From positions 128,001 through 192,000 of the forward strand of contig CAWGSK010000007.1 of the NCBI GenBank assembly GCA_963825055.1: a stretch of 64,000 nucleotides of DNA, written 5' to 3'. The DNA comes from an uncultured Gemmatimonadales bacterium (GTDB lineage Bacteria > Gemmatimonadota > Gemmatimonadetes > Gemmatimonadales > GWC2-71-9). Positions 41,091 through 49,894 of this stretch are shown piece by piece. A program made the translations under genes and the position numbers. Positions within the stretch are counted from its first letter, which is position 1. Every line of letters begins with the position of its first letter. The notes under the pieces were generated by a model that worked only from the letters and a program-made list of their open reading frames with translations, was not told where the DNA came from and did no database searches.

Positions 41091-42460
41091 CGGGCCTCTT
41101 CCTCCTCCAGTCGGCTGCCGAGCGGCTGGCCAGCGCCCAGGCGGGCCTCGACACGCCCCTCCTCCTCCGGCTGGTCGGGCTGGTCGGGCTGGTAGCGATG
41201 CTTGGCATCACCTGGCTGATTTCGTACGACCGCAGGCGCATCAACTGGCGGCTCGTGGGCAGCGGGGTGACCCTCCAGTTTGTGCTGGCCCTGCTCGTGC
41301 TCAAGACGGAACCCGGCCGAAAGTTCTTCGCCTGGCTGGGCAGCGTGATCACCGGCCTGCTCGCTTTCCAGGAAGAAGGGGCACGGTTCGTGTTCGGTGA
41401 CCTGGTCCACGCCACGGTGCCGGTCGGCGTCATGCAGGCCGGGGACAAGTTCGTCCAGAGTGGGGAGCTGATCGCCCGGACCGGCGCCTACTTCGCTTTC
41501 AATGTGCTGCCGACCATCATCTTCTTCAGTGCGCTGATGTCGGTGCTGTACTACCTGAACATCATGCAGCTGATCGTGAAGGGCATTGCCTGGTTCATGC
41601 AGAAAACCCTGGGCACCTCAGGGGCGGAGACCCTGAGCGCGTCCGGAAACATCTTCATGGGGCAGACCGAGGCCCCGCTCCTGATCAAGCCTTTCGTGCG
41701 GACGATGACGCAGTCGGAACTCACTACCGTCATGGTGGGAGGGTTCGCCACGGTGGCCGGCGGCGTACTGGCGGCCTACGTCGGCATGCTGTCTGGTGTC
41801 TTCCCACTGATCGCCGGGCACCTCATCGCGGCGAGCGTCATGAATGCCCCTGCCGGACTGTACCTCTCCAAGATGCTCCGGCCGGAGACCGGCTCCCCGG
41901 TCACGAAGGGGACGCTCAAGATGGAGGTGGAGAAGACCGACAAGAGCGTGATCGAGGCCGCGGCCAGCGGGGCGGCGCAGGGCGTGCAGCTGGCCATCAA
42001 CGTCGCCGCGATGCTCATGGCCTTCATCGCCCTCGTGGCCATGCTCAATTTCGGGCTGCACTGGATGGGTGGTCTCTGGGGCCAGGACAACCTGTCGCTC
42101 CAGTGGATCCTGGGAAAACTGCTCCAGCCCCTCGCCCTGGTCATGGGGGTGCCGCCCGCCGACTCGGCGTACGTCGGCAGCCTGATCGGGATCAAGACGA
42201 CCATCAACGAGTTTGTCGCCTACGCCCAGTTCGCGGGTGACCTGGGGAACGGCATCGTGCTGCAGCCGCGCAGCGTCATCATCCTCACGTACGCGCTGCT
42301 CGGCTTCGCCAACTTCTCTTCCATCGCCATCCAGATTGGCGGCATCGGCGGCCTCGCCCCCGAGCGCCGGAGCGAGATCGCGGCGCTGGGCCTCCGGGCG
42401 ATGATCGTGGGGAACCTGGCGGCATTTACCTCCGCATGTATTGCCGGGATGCTGGTATGA
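41087..42460 (+). CDS. nupC: CNT/NupC family nucleoside transporter
   Basis: LPTIIFFS, NIFMGQTEAPL, INEFVAY, GFANFSSIAIQIGG. Confidence 0.93.
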   Translation: MTGLFLLQSAAERLASAQAGLDTPLLLRLVGLVGLVAMLGITWLISYDRRRINWRLVGSGVTLQFVLALLVLKTEPGRKFFAWLGSVITGLLAFQEEGARFVFGDLVHATVPVGVMQAGDKFVQSGELIARTGAYFAFNVLPTIIFFSALMSVLYYLNIMQLIVKGIAWFMQKTLGTSGAETLSASGNIFMGQTEAPLLIKPFVRTMTQSELTTVMVGGFATVAGGVLAAYVGMLSGVFPLIAGHLIAASVMNAPAGLYLSKMLRPETGSPVTKGTLKMEVEKTDKSVIEAAASGAAQGVQLAINVAAMLMAFIALVAMLNFGLHWMGGLWGQDNLSLQWILGKLLQPLALVMGVPPADSAYVGSLIGIKTTINEFVAYAQFAGDLGNGIVLQPRSVIILTYALLGFANFSSIAIQIGGIGGLAPERRSEIAALGLRAMIVGNLAAFTSACIAGMLV

Positions 42461-43272
42461 CGGACATCGGAGCCGCGGCAGCGGTGGTGCGTGAGCGGCT
42501 CGACGGCTTTTCCCCCGAAGTCGCCATTGTCCTGGGCTCGGGCCTTGGCGGGCTGGCCGCCCGCCTGGAGGACGCCATCCGCATTCCCTATGGCGACATA
42601 CCAGGCTTCCACGCGCCATCGGTGGAAGGCCACAGGGGAGAGCTCGTGGCCGGGACCCTCGCGGGACGGCGCGTGCTGGCCCAGGCCGGCCGGTTCCACA
42701 TGTATGAGGGATACGACGCGAATACCTCGGCGCTTCCGGTCCGCGTGTTCGGCGCGCTCGGCATCGGCACCATGATCGTAACCAACGCCGCCGGCGGCAT
42801 CCGCCGGACCTTTCGTGCCGGCTCGCTCATGCTCATCGCGGACCACCTGAATTTCACGGGCCGGAACCCGCTGGTCGGGCCGGTGCTCGAGGGCGAGGAA
42901 CGCTTCCCGGACATGTCAGACCCCTACGACAGGGGGCTCCGGGCACTCGCGCGGGACGCAGCGACACGCGAAGGGGTCATGCTGGAGGAGGGTGTCTACG
43001 CGGGACTGCTGGGGCCGAGTTACGAAACACCCGCCGAGGTCCGCATGCTGGAGCGCGTCGGCGCCGACGCCGTCGGCATGTCCACCGTCGTGGAAGTCAT
43101 TGCCGCCCGGGCCCGCGGGATCCGCTGCCTCGGTTTCTCCTCGATCACCAACCCCGCCGCCGGCATCAGCGCCGAGCCCCTGTCGCACAAGGATGTGATG
43201 GCGGCGGCGGACAGGGTGACGGGGGACCTGGTGAAGGTGGTGGAAGGGGTGCTGGAGAGTAGTGAGCAGTGA
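42457..43272 (+). CDS. punA: Purine-nucleoside phosphorylase (trimeric type)
   Basis: LGSGLG, GRFHMYEG, TNAAGG, YETPAE, VGMST. Confidence 0.94.
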   Translation: MTDIGAAAAVVRERLDGFSPEVAIVLGSGLGGLAARLEDAIRIPYGDIPGFHAPSVEGHRGELVAGTLAGRRVLAQAGRFHMYEGYDANTSALPVRVFGALGIGTMIVTNAAGGIRRTFRAGSLMLIADHLNFTGRNPLVGPVLEGEERFPDMSDPYDRGLRALARDAATREGVMLEEGVYAGLLGPSYETPAEVRMLERVGADAVGMSTVVEVIAARARGIRCLGFSSITNPAAGISAEPLSHKDVMAAADRVTGDLVKVVEGVLESSEQ

Positions 43273-43408
43273 TTAGTGAGTAGTGATTAGTGCTTCAGGG
43301 ATGGTTCCGCCCGGGCAGACGGACAGCGTCGCAAGGAGATGGCTCCGCCAATGCACTACTCACTACTCACTACTCACTAGTCACTAGTCACTAGTCACTA
43401 GTCACTCT
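43258..43408. repeat. Inverted pair of AKTAGTG-type heptamer arrays (5 units, 61-bp spacer, 7 units)
   Basis: agtagtg agcagtg attagtg agtagtg attagtg ... cactact x3 cactagt x4. Confidence 0.95.
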
Positions 43409-44179
43409 GTGCCCCAGCGGCCCCCTCCCGCCCCCCAGCCCCGGCGCCCCTCGAATCGCCCGCTGCACGTAGTCAACCGCCGACTCCACCGCCGATTCCA
43501 GTGAGTGCCCGAGGGCGAGCCCCGCGGTGATGGCCGCCGAGAGCGTGCAGCCGGTGCCGTGGGTCGAGGTGGTGTCGATCCGCTCGTGGGTGAAGCGACG
43601 GCTGCCGTCTGGCGTGACCAGCAGGTCCACCAGGGTGTCGCCACCCATGTGTCCGCCCTTGATCAGGGCGGCCCGCGCGCCCCGGTCGAGCAGCACCTTC
43701 CCGGCTCGCTCCATGTCCGCCTCGCTCCCCACGTCCATCGCCGCCAGGATGGCGGCCTCGTGCAGGTTGGGGGTCACGATCATCGCGAGGGGCACGAGCA
43801 GGCCGAGCAGGGCCTGTTCGGCATCCTGGTCGAGCAGGCGGTCCCCCGAGGTTGCGACCATTACCGGATCCAGCACGTAGCGCGCCCACTTCCGGTGCCG
43901 GACCTGCTCCGCGACAAGGTTGACCAGGGCGGGGGAGGCCAGCATCCCCGTCTTCACGGCATCGGGCGGGAGGTCCTCCGCCACGGCGTCGAGCTGGTCG
44001 AGGACGGTTTCCCCCGGCACGGCGTGTACCGCCCGGACACCACGCGTGTTCTGGGCGGTGACGGCGACGATCACGCTGGTGCCGTGAACACCGTACTGGT
44101 GGAAGGTCTTGAGGTCCGCCTGGATGCCCGCCCCGCCGCCCGAGTCCGAGCCGGCGATGGTGAGCGCGATTGCGCTCAC
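43391..44179 (-). CDS. thiD: HMP/HMP-P kinase
   Basis: [33 protein letters not shown]. Confidence 0.96.
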   Translation of the reverse strand: MSAIALTIAGSDSGGGAGIQADLKTFHQYGVHGTSVIVAVTAQNTRGVRAVHAVPGETVLDQLDAVAEDLPPDAVKTGMLASPALVNLVAEQVRHRKWARYVLDPVMVATSGDRLLDQDAEQALLGLLVPLAMIVTPNLHEAAILAAMDVGSEADMERAGKVLLDRGARAALIKGGHMGGDTLVDLLVTPDGSRRFTHERIDTTSTHGTGCTLSAAITAGLALGHSLESAVESAVDYVQRAIRGAPGLGGGRGPLGHRVTSD

Positions 44180-44982
44180 TTCGGCGGGGGAGGGAGGGCG
44201 TGCACGCGCCGCTTGAACTCGGCGTAGAGGTTGTCATGCACCTTGCCCGTCCTGAGGGCGGCCTGGGCCCCTGGCGTGGTGGCAATGATCCGGTTGACGT
44301 TGCTGATCCGCTCGGCCGCCATCGGGTGGGAGCTGAACCACTGCTCCACCTTGGATGGCTGGCTCTGCTGGAGCTGCTGGAGCACCTCGAACATGTCCGT
44401 GATGCCCCGCGGGTTGACGGCCGTGCGGGTCAGGTACCCGACCGCGACGGAATCCGCTTCGCGCTCGTCGTCCCGGCTGAACTTGGCGAAAACCGCGCCC
44501 GCGGCGACATTCAGGGCCACCGATTCTCCCGCGCTGGGCTGACGGCCGAGGAGGGCATACAGGAGTCCGACGCCGGTGTTGGCCGCGCTGGCCTGGCCCA
44601 TCTGCTCGGCGGAATGGCGCAGTTCCACGTGGCCCATTTCGTGGCCCAGAACGCCCATGAACTCGTCGTAGTCAGCGGCGTGCTCGATCAGGCCGCGGAA
44701 GACGTACACATGCCCGCCCGGTACGGCGAACGCATTGACCTGGTCGGAGTTCACGACCCGGAACGTCCAGGGAAGATCCTGGCGCGTCATGACCCGGCGA
44801 AGCGGCGCCGCGAGACCGTCCAGGTTGGCCTGGACGCCGGCATCCTGGACCACGGGCATGGTCTGGTTGATCTCCGCCACCGCCTGGTTGCCGATATCGA
44901 CCTCCTGCTGGACCGTAGGCGCACAGGCGGCCAGGATGCCCAGGCCGAGGGTGAACGTGGCTATCCGATGGGACTGAATCAT
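44176..44982 (-). CDS. M48 family metallopeptidase lipoprotein
   Basis: Lipobox [25 protein letters not shown]. Confidence 0.9.
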   Translation of the reverse strand: MIQSHRIATFTLGLGILAACAPTVQQEVDIGNQAVAEINQTMPVVQDAGVQANLDGLAAPLRRVMTRQDLPWTFRVVNSDQVNAFAVPGGHVYVFRGLIEHAADYDEFMGVLGHEMGHVELRHSAEQMGQASAANTGVGLLYALLGRQPSAGESVALNVAAGAVFAKFSRDDEREADSVAVGYLTRTAVNPRGITDMFEVLQQLQQSQPSKVEQWFSSHPMAAERISNVNRIIATTPGAQAALRTGKVHDNLYAEFKRRVHALPPPPK

Positions 44983-45748
44983 GGCAAGCTCCGTGCAGTC
45001 GACAATTCGAGATCTCCACCGCCGCCGGGGCCGCGAGCGTCGCGGCCTGGCGCTGGCGGAAGGTGTCCGCCTGGTGGAGGAGGCGCTGGCCGCCGGGGTC
45101 GAAATCACCGGCGGAGCCCTCGCTCCAGCCCTTGAAGCTACCACCCGGGGAGAGGCGCTGGCAGCGGCGCTCGTCACATCAGGGGTTCCCCTCGAACGGG
45201 TGGATGACCGGACCCTGTCGGGGCTGGCCGCCACCGAGCACCCCCAGGGCGTGGTCGTCGTATATCGCCCCCGGGTCTGGCAGTTCGCCGACCTCGACAC
45301 CGCCCGCGGACCACTGCTCGTCCTGGACGCGGTGCAGGATCCGGGGAATGTCGGCACCATGGTCCGGACGGCCGATGCGCTGGGCTCGGGCGGGGTCGTG
45401 GCGCTCACTGGCACCGCCGACCTCACCAACCCGAAGGCAGTCCGGGCCGCGATGGGGTCGTCCTTCCGCCTCCCGGCACTGTCCCTGGACGTCGAGACGT
45501 TCGGCCGGTGGGCAAAGGGTGCCGGGCTCGACCTCTGGGTGGCTGCCACCGGGGGCGCGCCGGTCGGGTCGCTCAGGCCCGTCCTGCCGCTTGCCCTGGT
45601 CGTGGGAAACGAAGGCGCCGGCATCAGTGCGCCGGTGGCAGCACTGGGCGGCACGCCGGTCGGCATCCCGCTCCAGGAGGGCGTGGAGTCCCTCAACGTG
45701 GCCGTGGCCGCGGGCATTCTCCTGCATGAGGTGATGCGTGACCGATAA
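44981..45748 (+). CDS. TrmH/SpoU family RNA methyltransferase
   Basis: EG, HPQG, QDPGNVGTMVR, GNEGAG, ESLNV. Confidence 0.92.
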   Translation: MASSVQSTIRDLHRRRGRERRGLALAEGVRLVEEALAAGVEITGGALAPALEATTRGEALAAALVTSGVPLERVDDRTLSGLAATEHPQGVVVVYRPRVWQFADLDTARGPLLVLDAVQDPGNVGTMVRTADALGSGGVVALTGTADLTNPKAVRAAMGSSFRLPALSLDVETFGRWAKGAGLDLWVAATGGAPVGSLRPVLPLALVVGNEGAGISAPVAALGGTPVGIPLQEGVESLNVAVAAGILLHEVMRDR

Positions 45749-46511
45749 GGGCGTGATCGTGGCGTTTGCCGGGCTCCTCGGCCTGATCCTCGGCAGCTTC
45801 CTGAACGTCTGCATCCTCCGGCTGCCGGCCCGGCAGTCGATCGTGCATCCACCCTCACGCTGCCCGAACTGCGGCGAGGGGGTGCGGTGGTACGACAACG
45901 TGCCGGTGCTCTCCTGGCTGATCCTGCGGGGGAAATGCCGTCACTGCGGCAACCCGATCTCGATCCAGTACCCGCTGGTCGAGCTCGCCACGGCTGCCAT
46001 CTGGGCCGGCATGGCACTGCTGTTCACCGCGCCGCTCGACATCCTTGCCGCCGCCCTCTTCCTGACCCTGCTGCTCGGCATCGCCATGACCGATGCGCGG
46101 GAATACATCATCCCGGACGAGTTCTCGCTGGGCGGACTCGTCATCGGGATCCTCGTCAGCCTCAGGGCCGGGCTGCCGGGCCTGCGGGACGCAGCCATCG
46201 GGGCGGCGGTGGGATTCGCGGTGCTCTGGCTCGTCGCGATCGTGGGCAAGCGGCTCTTCCGCAAGGAGGCCATGGGCGGTGGCGACATCAAGATGATGGC
46301 CATGGTCGGCGCCTTCCTTGGCTGGCAGGGCGTCTTCCTGACCATCTTCCTCGGCTCCGTGGTGGGGACGCTGGTCTTCGGACCGCTCGCGCTGGTCGGA
46401 AAGAAGAAGGAAGTGCCCTTCGGGATCTTTCTGGCGCTCGGGGGCGCAGTCACGTTCTTCTGGGGCCCGGCCCTGCTCGACTGGTACCGCAGTTACCTGG
46501 TGGCCTCGTGA
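45738..46511 (+). CDS. pilD: Prepilin peptidase (A24)
   Basis: GSFLNVCI, CPNC/CRHC, IIPD, MGGGDIK, PFG. Confidence 0.94.
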   Translation: MTDKGVIVAFAGLLGLILGSFLNVCILRLPARQSIVHPPSRCPNCGEGVRWYDNVPVLSWLILRGKCRHCGNPISIQYPLVELATAAIWAGMALLFTAPLDILAAALFLTLLLGIAMTDAREYIIPDEFSLGGLVIGILVSLRAGLPGLRDAAIGAAVGFAVLWLVAIVGKRLFRKEAMGGGDIKMMAMVGAFLGWQGVFLTIFLGSVVGTLVFGPLALVGKKKEVPFGIFLALGGAVTFFWGPALLDWYRSYLVAS

Positions 46512-47713
46512 CGCGTTCCGGCCTCGCCCTGATTGCCGGGATCGGGCTGGCCGCGTGCCGGGGCGAACCACCCCGCCCGCCGGCGGATGAACTCGCCCAC
46601 GTCGTGGACAGCCTCAAGCCTGCCATTGAAGCCGCTGCCGGGCTCCAGTTCACCCGCCCGGTGCGCTCGGCGCTCCGGAGCCGGGAGCAGGTGCGGGCCT
46701 ATCTCATCCAGGAATTCGACGACCAGCTTCCACCCGAGCGGCTCGAAGGGCTGGAGAATGCCTATCACCTCTTCGGGCTTCTCCCGGACAGCCAACAGCT
46801 CCGCCCGCTGCTGATCGACGTCCTGACCGAGCAGGTGGCGGGCTACTACGATCCCGACTCTACCACGCTGTACGGGGTGGCTGACCAGAAGGGGATCCAG
46901 TTGCGTGCGGTGGTGGCGCACGAACTCGTACACGCCCTCCAGGACCAGCACTATCCACTGGACTCGCTGCTGGAACAGCAGGAGGATGGCGACCGTGCCG
47001 CGGCGGCGCAGGCCATCCTCGAGGGCCAGGCACACTACGCCTCAGTGAAGCTGCTGGTGGGAGAGGCGGCGGACGTCACGACCATGGAATTCTGGGACAC
47101 GGCGCGAGAGCAGACCCGTCAGGCGCAGGAGCAGCTTCCGCGCTTCGGCAAGGCGCCCGTCGCGATCCGCGAAGAACTGCTCTTTCCGTACATCAGCGGG
47201 GCGGAGTTCATGCGCTGGTGGTTCGTGAACCACCCGGACGCGCTTCCCTTCGACGAGCGGATGCCTCTTTCCACCGAACAGATCTTCCATCCTGACCGCT
47301 ACGCGGCCGGTGATGCGCCGCTCACCGTCCGGTTCACCACCTCCGACAGCACCGTCATGTTCGAGGACGACGTGGGCGAACTGGGCCTGGCCACCCTGGC
47401 GGCGTCGGCAGCCAATACCGTCGCCATTTCCACCACCCGGGCCTATGGCTGGGGCGGCGACCGCTACCGGGTGTACCGCACCCCCGGCGGCCCCGCCCTC
47501 GTCTGGTTCGTCCTGTTCGATGACCCCGCCTATGCCGACCGTTTCTACACCGGCCTCGCCAGCGTGATGGAACGGGACTTCAAGCGGCCCGGATATGCCT
47601 TCCATCGCGAGCGGGTGGAAGTAGAGGGAAGTGCAGGGGTGAAGGTGGTGGTGGGGCCGGAGGGGTGGGAGCCACTAGAGGTAGTGCAGGTCAAAAAAGA
47701 GCGTGAGCGGTAA
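46508..47713 (+). CDS. Putative zinc metallopeptidase lipoprotein
   Basis: GTGA overlap with pilD; lipobox LAAC; AGYYDP, HELVHALQDQ, LEGQA, FPY, STEQ. Confidence 0.8.
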   Translation: MTRSGLALIAGIGLAACRGEPPRPPADELAHVVDSLKPAIEAAAGLQFTRPVRSALRSREQVRAYLIQEFDDQLPPERLEGLENAYHLFGLLPDSQQLRPLLIDVLTEQVAGYYDPDSTTLYGVADQKGIQLRAVVAHELVHALQDQHYPLDSLLEQQEDGDRAAAAQAILEGQAHYASVKLLVGEAADVTTMEFWDTAREQTRQAQEQLPRFGKAPVAIREELLFPYISGAEFMRWWFVNHPDALPFDERMPLSTEQIFHPDRYAAGDAPLTVRFTTSDSTVMFEDDVGELGLATLAASAANTVAISTTRAYGWGGDRYRVYRTPGGPALVWFVLFDDPAYADRFYTGLASVMERDFKRPGYAFHRERVEVEGSAGVKVVVGPEGWEPLEVVQVKKERER

Positions 47714-47770
47714 GCGGTAAGCGGTGAGCCGGAAAGTGAGGACAGCCTGAACGGTGAACCGTGAACGGTA
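47703..47770 (+). repeat. Left bipartite GTRARCG heptamer array
   Basis: gtgagcg gtaagcg gtaagcg gtgagcc, linker, ctgaacg gtgaacc gtgaacg. Confidence 0.9.
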
Positions 47771-48127
47771 TCAGACGGCGCGGCACCGTTGAACCAGGCC
47801 GAGCAGGAGGCGCTGAGAGCGTCTGTTGCGGGAGAGCAGGGGATCGATTGTTGCCCGGGGGATCGCTTCTGAGTCCTTGGCGAGTTCGAGTAGCTCCCCC
47901 GTCTCTATGGCGGAGCCGTAGGCGATCTCAAAATGGTGAGCCTGCCGTCGACCTGGGCCGTAGGCGTACCCTTCGGCAATGTTGAGTTGCACGGACAGAG
48001 CCGAACGCTGGATCTGGGAGAACAGTGCAGCGCACCATGGCTTCCAACAGGTACGGGCCAACCCGAACTCGCCAGGGACGCAGAAGCGGTTCCTGCGGCC
48101 ACGATAGACACCCTGCTGCTCCCGCAA
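47771..48127 (-). CDS. Four-helix-bundle protein (23S rRNA IVS protein / TIGR02436-like); N-terminus uncertain or frameshifted
   Basis: SQIQRSALSVQLNIAEG and FEIAYGSAIET signature. Confidence 0.85.
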   Translation of the reverse strand: MREQQGVYRGRRNRFCVPGEFGLARTCWKPWCAALFSQIQRSALSVQLNIAEGYAYGPGRRQAHHFEIAYGSAIETGELLELAKDSEAIPRATIDPLLSRNRRSQRLLLGLVQRCRAV

Positions 48128-48186
48128 TCAGCGGTGACCAGCGCCTCCTCCTCGGCATGCTCAAGCAACACCGCCCCTTCAAATCC

Positions 48187-48252
48187 CCTTCACCGATTCA
48201 CCGTTTACCGCTCACGCTGTTTCCGTTTTGCCGTTCACCGTTCACCGCTCAC
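48187..48252 (-). repeat. Right bipartite GTRARCG heptamer array, inverted relative to 47703-47770
   Basis: Minus strand gtgagcg gtgaacg gtgaacg gcaaaac ggaaacagc gtgagcg gtaaacg gtgaatc g gtgaagg. Confidence 0.9.
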
Positions 48253-49811
48253 CCTAATAAGACATTCACGCCAAACGCCACCAGCCCCACCACCGCCCCC
48301 AGCACATATCCGAGTCTGACGATCAGGTCCAGCTCCCGCTGGGTCACGTCCTTCACGATCTGCTCCATCCGCTGCGTACTGAAGCCCAGCACCTTCTGCT
48401 CCACCATCTCCTGCACCTTGAACTGCTCCACCACCGCGGGGATCTGTCGCTGCACCCATCCCCAGGCCGCGGTGGTGACGGCTTCCTCGATCTTCGCCGT
48501 CATCTCCGGCCCCATCCACCCGGCCGGCCGGCCGATGGGCCGGTCCAGCAGGTGGTCCGCCACGCTCCGGACGGCCTCCTCCACCCAGTGACGTCCCCGC
48601 TCGCCGCCCAGGGCGTCGGCGGCGAAGGCGGCCACCTGCGCCGGGGGGATGGCTTCGAGCAGGTCACCCCAGGTCCGCTGCTCGGCGGCGGTGAGCGCCC
48701 GGTCCACGGTCTGGCCGATGACCCGGCGGGTTCCCTCGTCCCGCGCCACCCGCATCAGCCAGTCACCCAGGGTCTCGGCGAGCCCCTCTACCCGGTCCTC
48801 GCCGAGGCGGCGGAACCGCTCGGCCAGCGGCACGCGCAGGAAGTTCACCACGGCGTCGTTGACCGCCCGCGCGACCTGGCTCTTCACGCCCGGCTCGTGG
48901 AGCCCCTCGGCCAGGCGGTCGAGTCCGCGCCGCTCGAACCCGTCCACCAGCCGCTCGATGGTGCGGTCGGTGACCATCAGCTTGGCCAGCACCCGCTCGT
49001 GGATAAGCAGGTCCCGGACTGTGTGATCGAATGCGTCGCGGAGGGAGACCTGGATCTTCCGGCGGGCATCGGGATCGGCCAGGATGCCGCTCAGCCGGTC
49101 CACCGCCACGGGCAGGTAGTCCGTGATGCCCTGCTCCACGGCCCCGATCAGACCCGGGGGGAGTCGGTCCAGCATTGCCCGGTCGTCGTGGGAGAGCTTG
49201 TCCAGCTGGTCACGCACGAAGCCCCGGAGCGTACGTTCCAGCTCCTCACCCTGCGCGAGCTGGGTGACCCAGTCCTCCACTTTCCGGCTGAGGGACTCGC
49301 GCCGTTCAGCAGTCAGCAGCTCACCCAGCGACCGGTCGCCCACCTCCTCCCGGAGCTTCGTCATCCACTCAGTCACCCGGGCCTCGAAGGCCGGCGAGCG
49401 GGCGTAGTCCGCCAGTCGCTCGGCCAGCCCGCTGCTCACCCGGGGCAGGGAAGACTCGATGGCCTCCAGCACCGGCGGACTGAGCAGGCCGCGGAGGGGG
49501 CCCCGCTCCGTTTCCATGATGTCCGTGACCGCCCGGCGGACTGCGTCGTCGAAGGCCTTCCGGAGGGCCGGGTCGGACAGGCGTCGGGCCAGGTCTTCGC
49601 TGGTGAGCAGGCGCTCACCAACGGCCTTGCCGACGCTTTTGGCGAGGCGGGGCTTGTTCTTGGGGATGGCCCCGTGGAAGCGGAAGGGGCCGAACCCGGA
49701 GGGCTCATGGGGGTGGAACAGCATCCACACCGCCACGGCGTTGGTGATCCCGCCGGAGAGGGCGCCCACCAGCACCGTGACCAGGCCCGTGATGAGGGTC
49801 GAGGAATCCAT
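48249..49811 (-). CDS. DUF445 family membrane-anchored protein
   Basis: GGITNAVAVWMLFHP, GAIPK, ELDLIVRLGYVLG. Confidence 0.88.
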   Translation of the reverse strand: MDSSTLITGLVTVLVGALSGGITNAVAVWMLFHPHEPSGFGPFRFHGAIPKNKPRLAKSVGKAVGERLLTSEDLARRLSDPALRKAFDDAVRRAVTDIMETERGPLRGLLSPPVLEAIESSLPRVSSGLAERLADYARSPAFEARVTEWMTKLREEVGDRSLGELLTAERRESLSRKVEDWVTQLAQGEELERTLRGFVRDQLDKLSHDDRAMLDRLPPGLIGAVEQGITDYLPVAVDRLSGILADPDARRKIQVSLRDAFDHTVRDLLIHERVLAKLMVTDRTIERLVDGFERRGLDRLAEGLHEPGVKSQVARAVNDAVVNFLRVPLAERFRRLGEDRVEGLAETLGDWLMRVARDEGTRRVIGQTVDRALTAAEQRTWGDLLEAIPPAQVAAFAADALGGERGRHWVEEAVRSVADHLLDRPIGRPAGWMGPEMTAKIEEAVTTAAWGWVQRQIPAVVEQFKVQEMVEQKVLGFSTQRMEQIVKDVTQRELDLIVRLGYVLGAVVGLVAFGVNVLLG

Positions 49812-49894
49812 AGGCCCGACGAAGATAGCCACCCCGGTCCGCCCCCGTTGGCCCGTTGCTTCAACCCCCTCCAGCCGTTTATCTTGCAAGGCTT

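Noticed and set aside
41171..41197. CTGGTCGGG repeat in nupC
   Set aside because: Only two exact units in a transmembrane helix; explained by codon bias
47701..48253. Diversity-generating retroelement
   Set aside because: Only an Avd-like fold is present; no reverse transcriptase or template/variable repeat pair seen in the window
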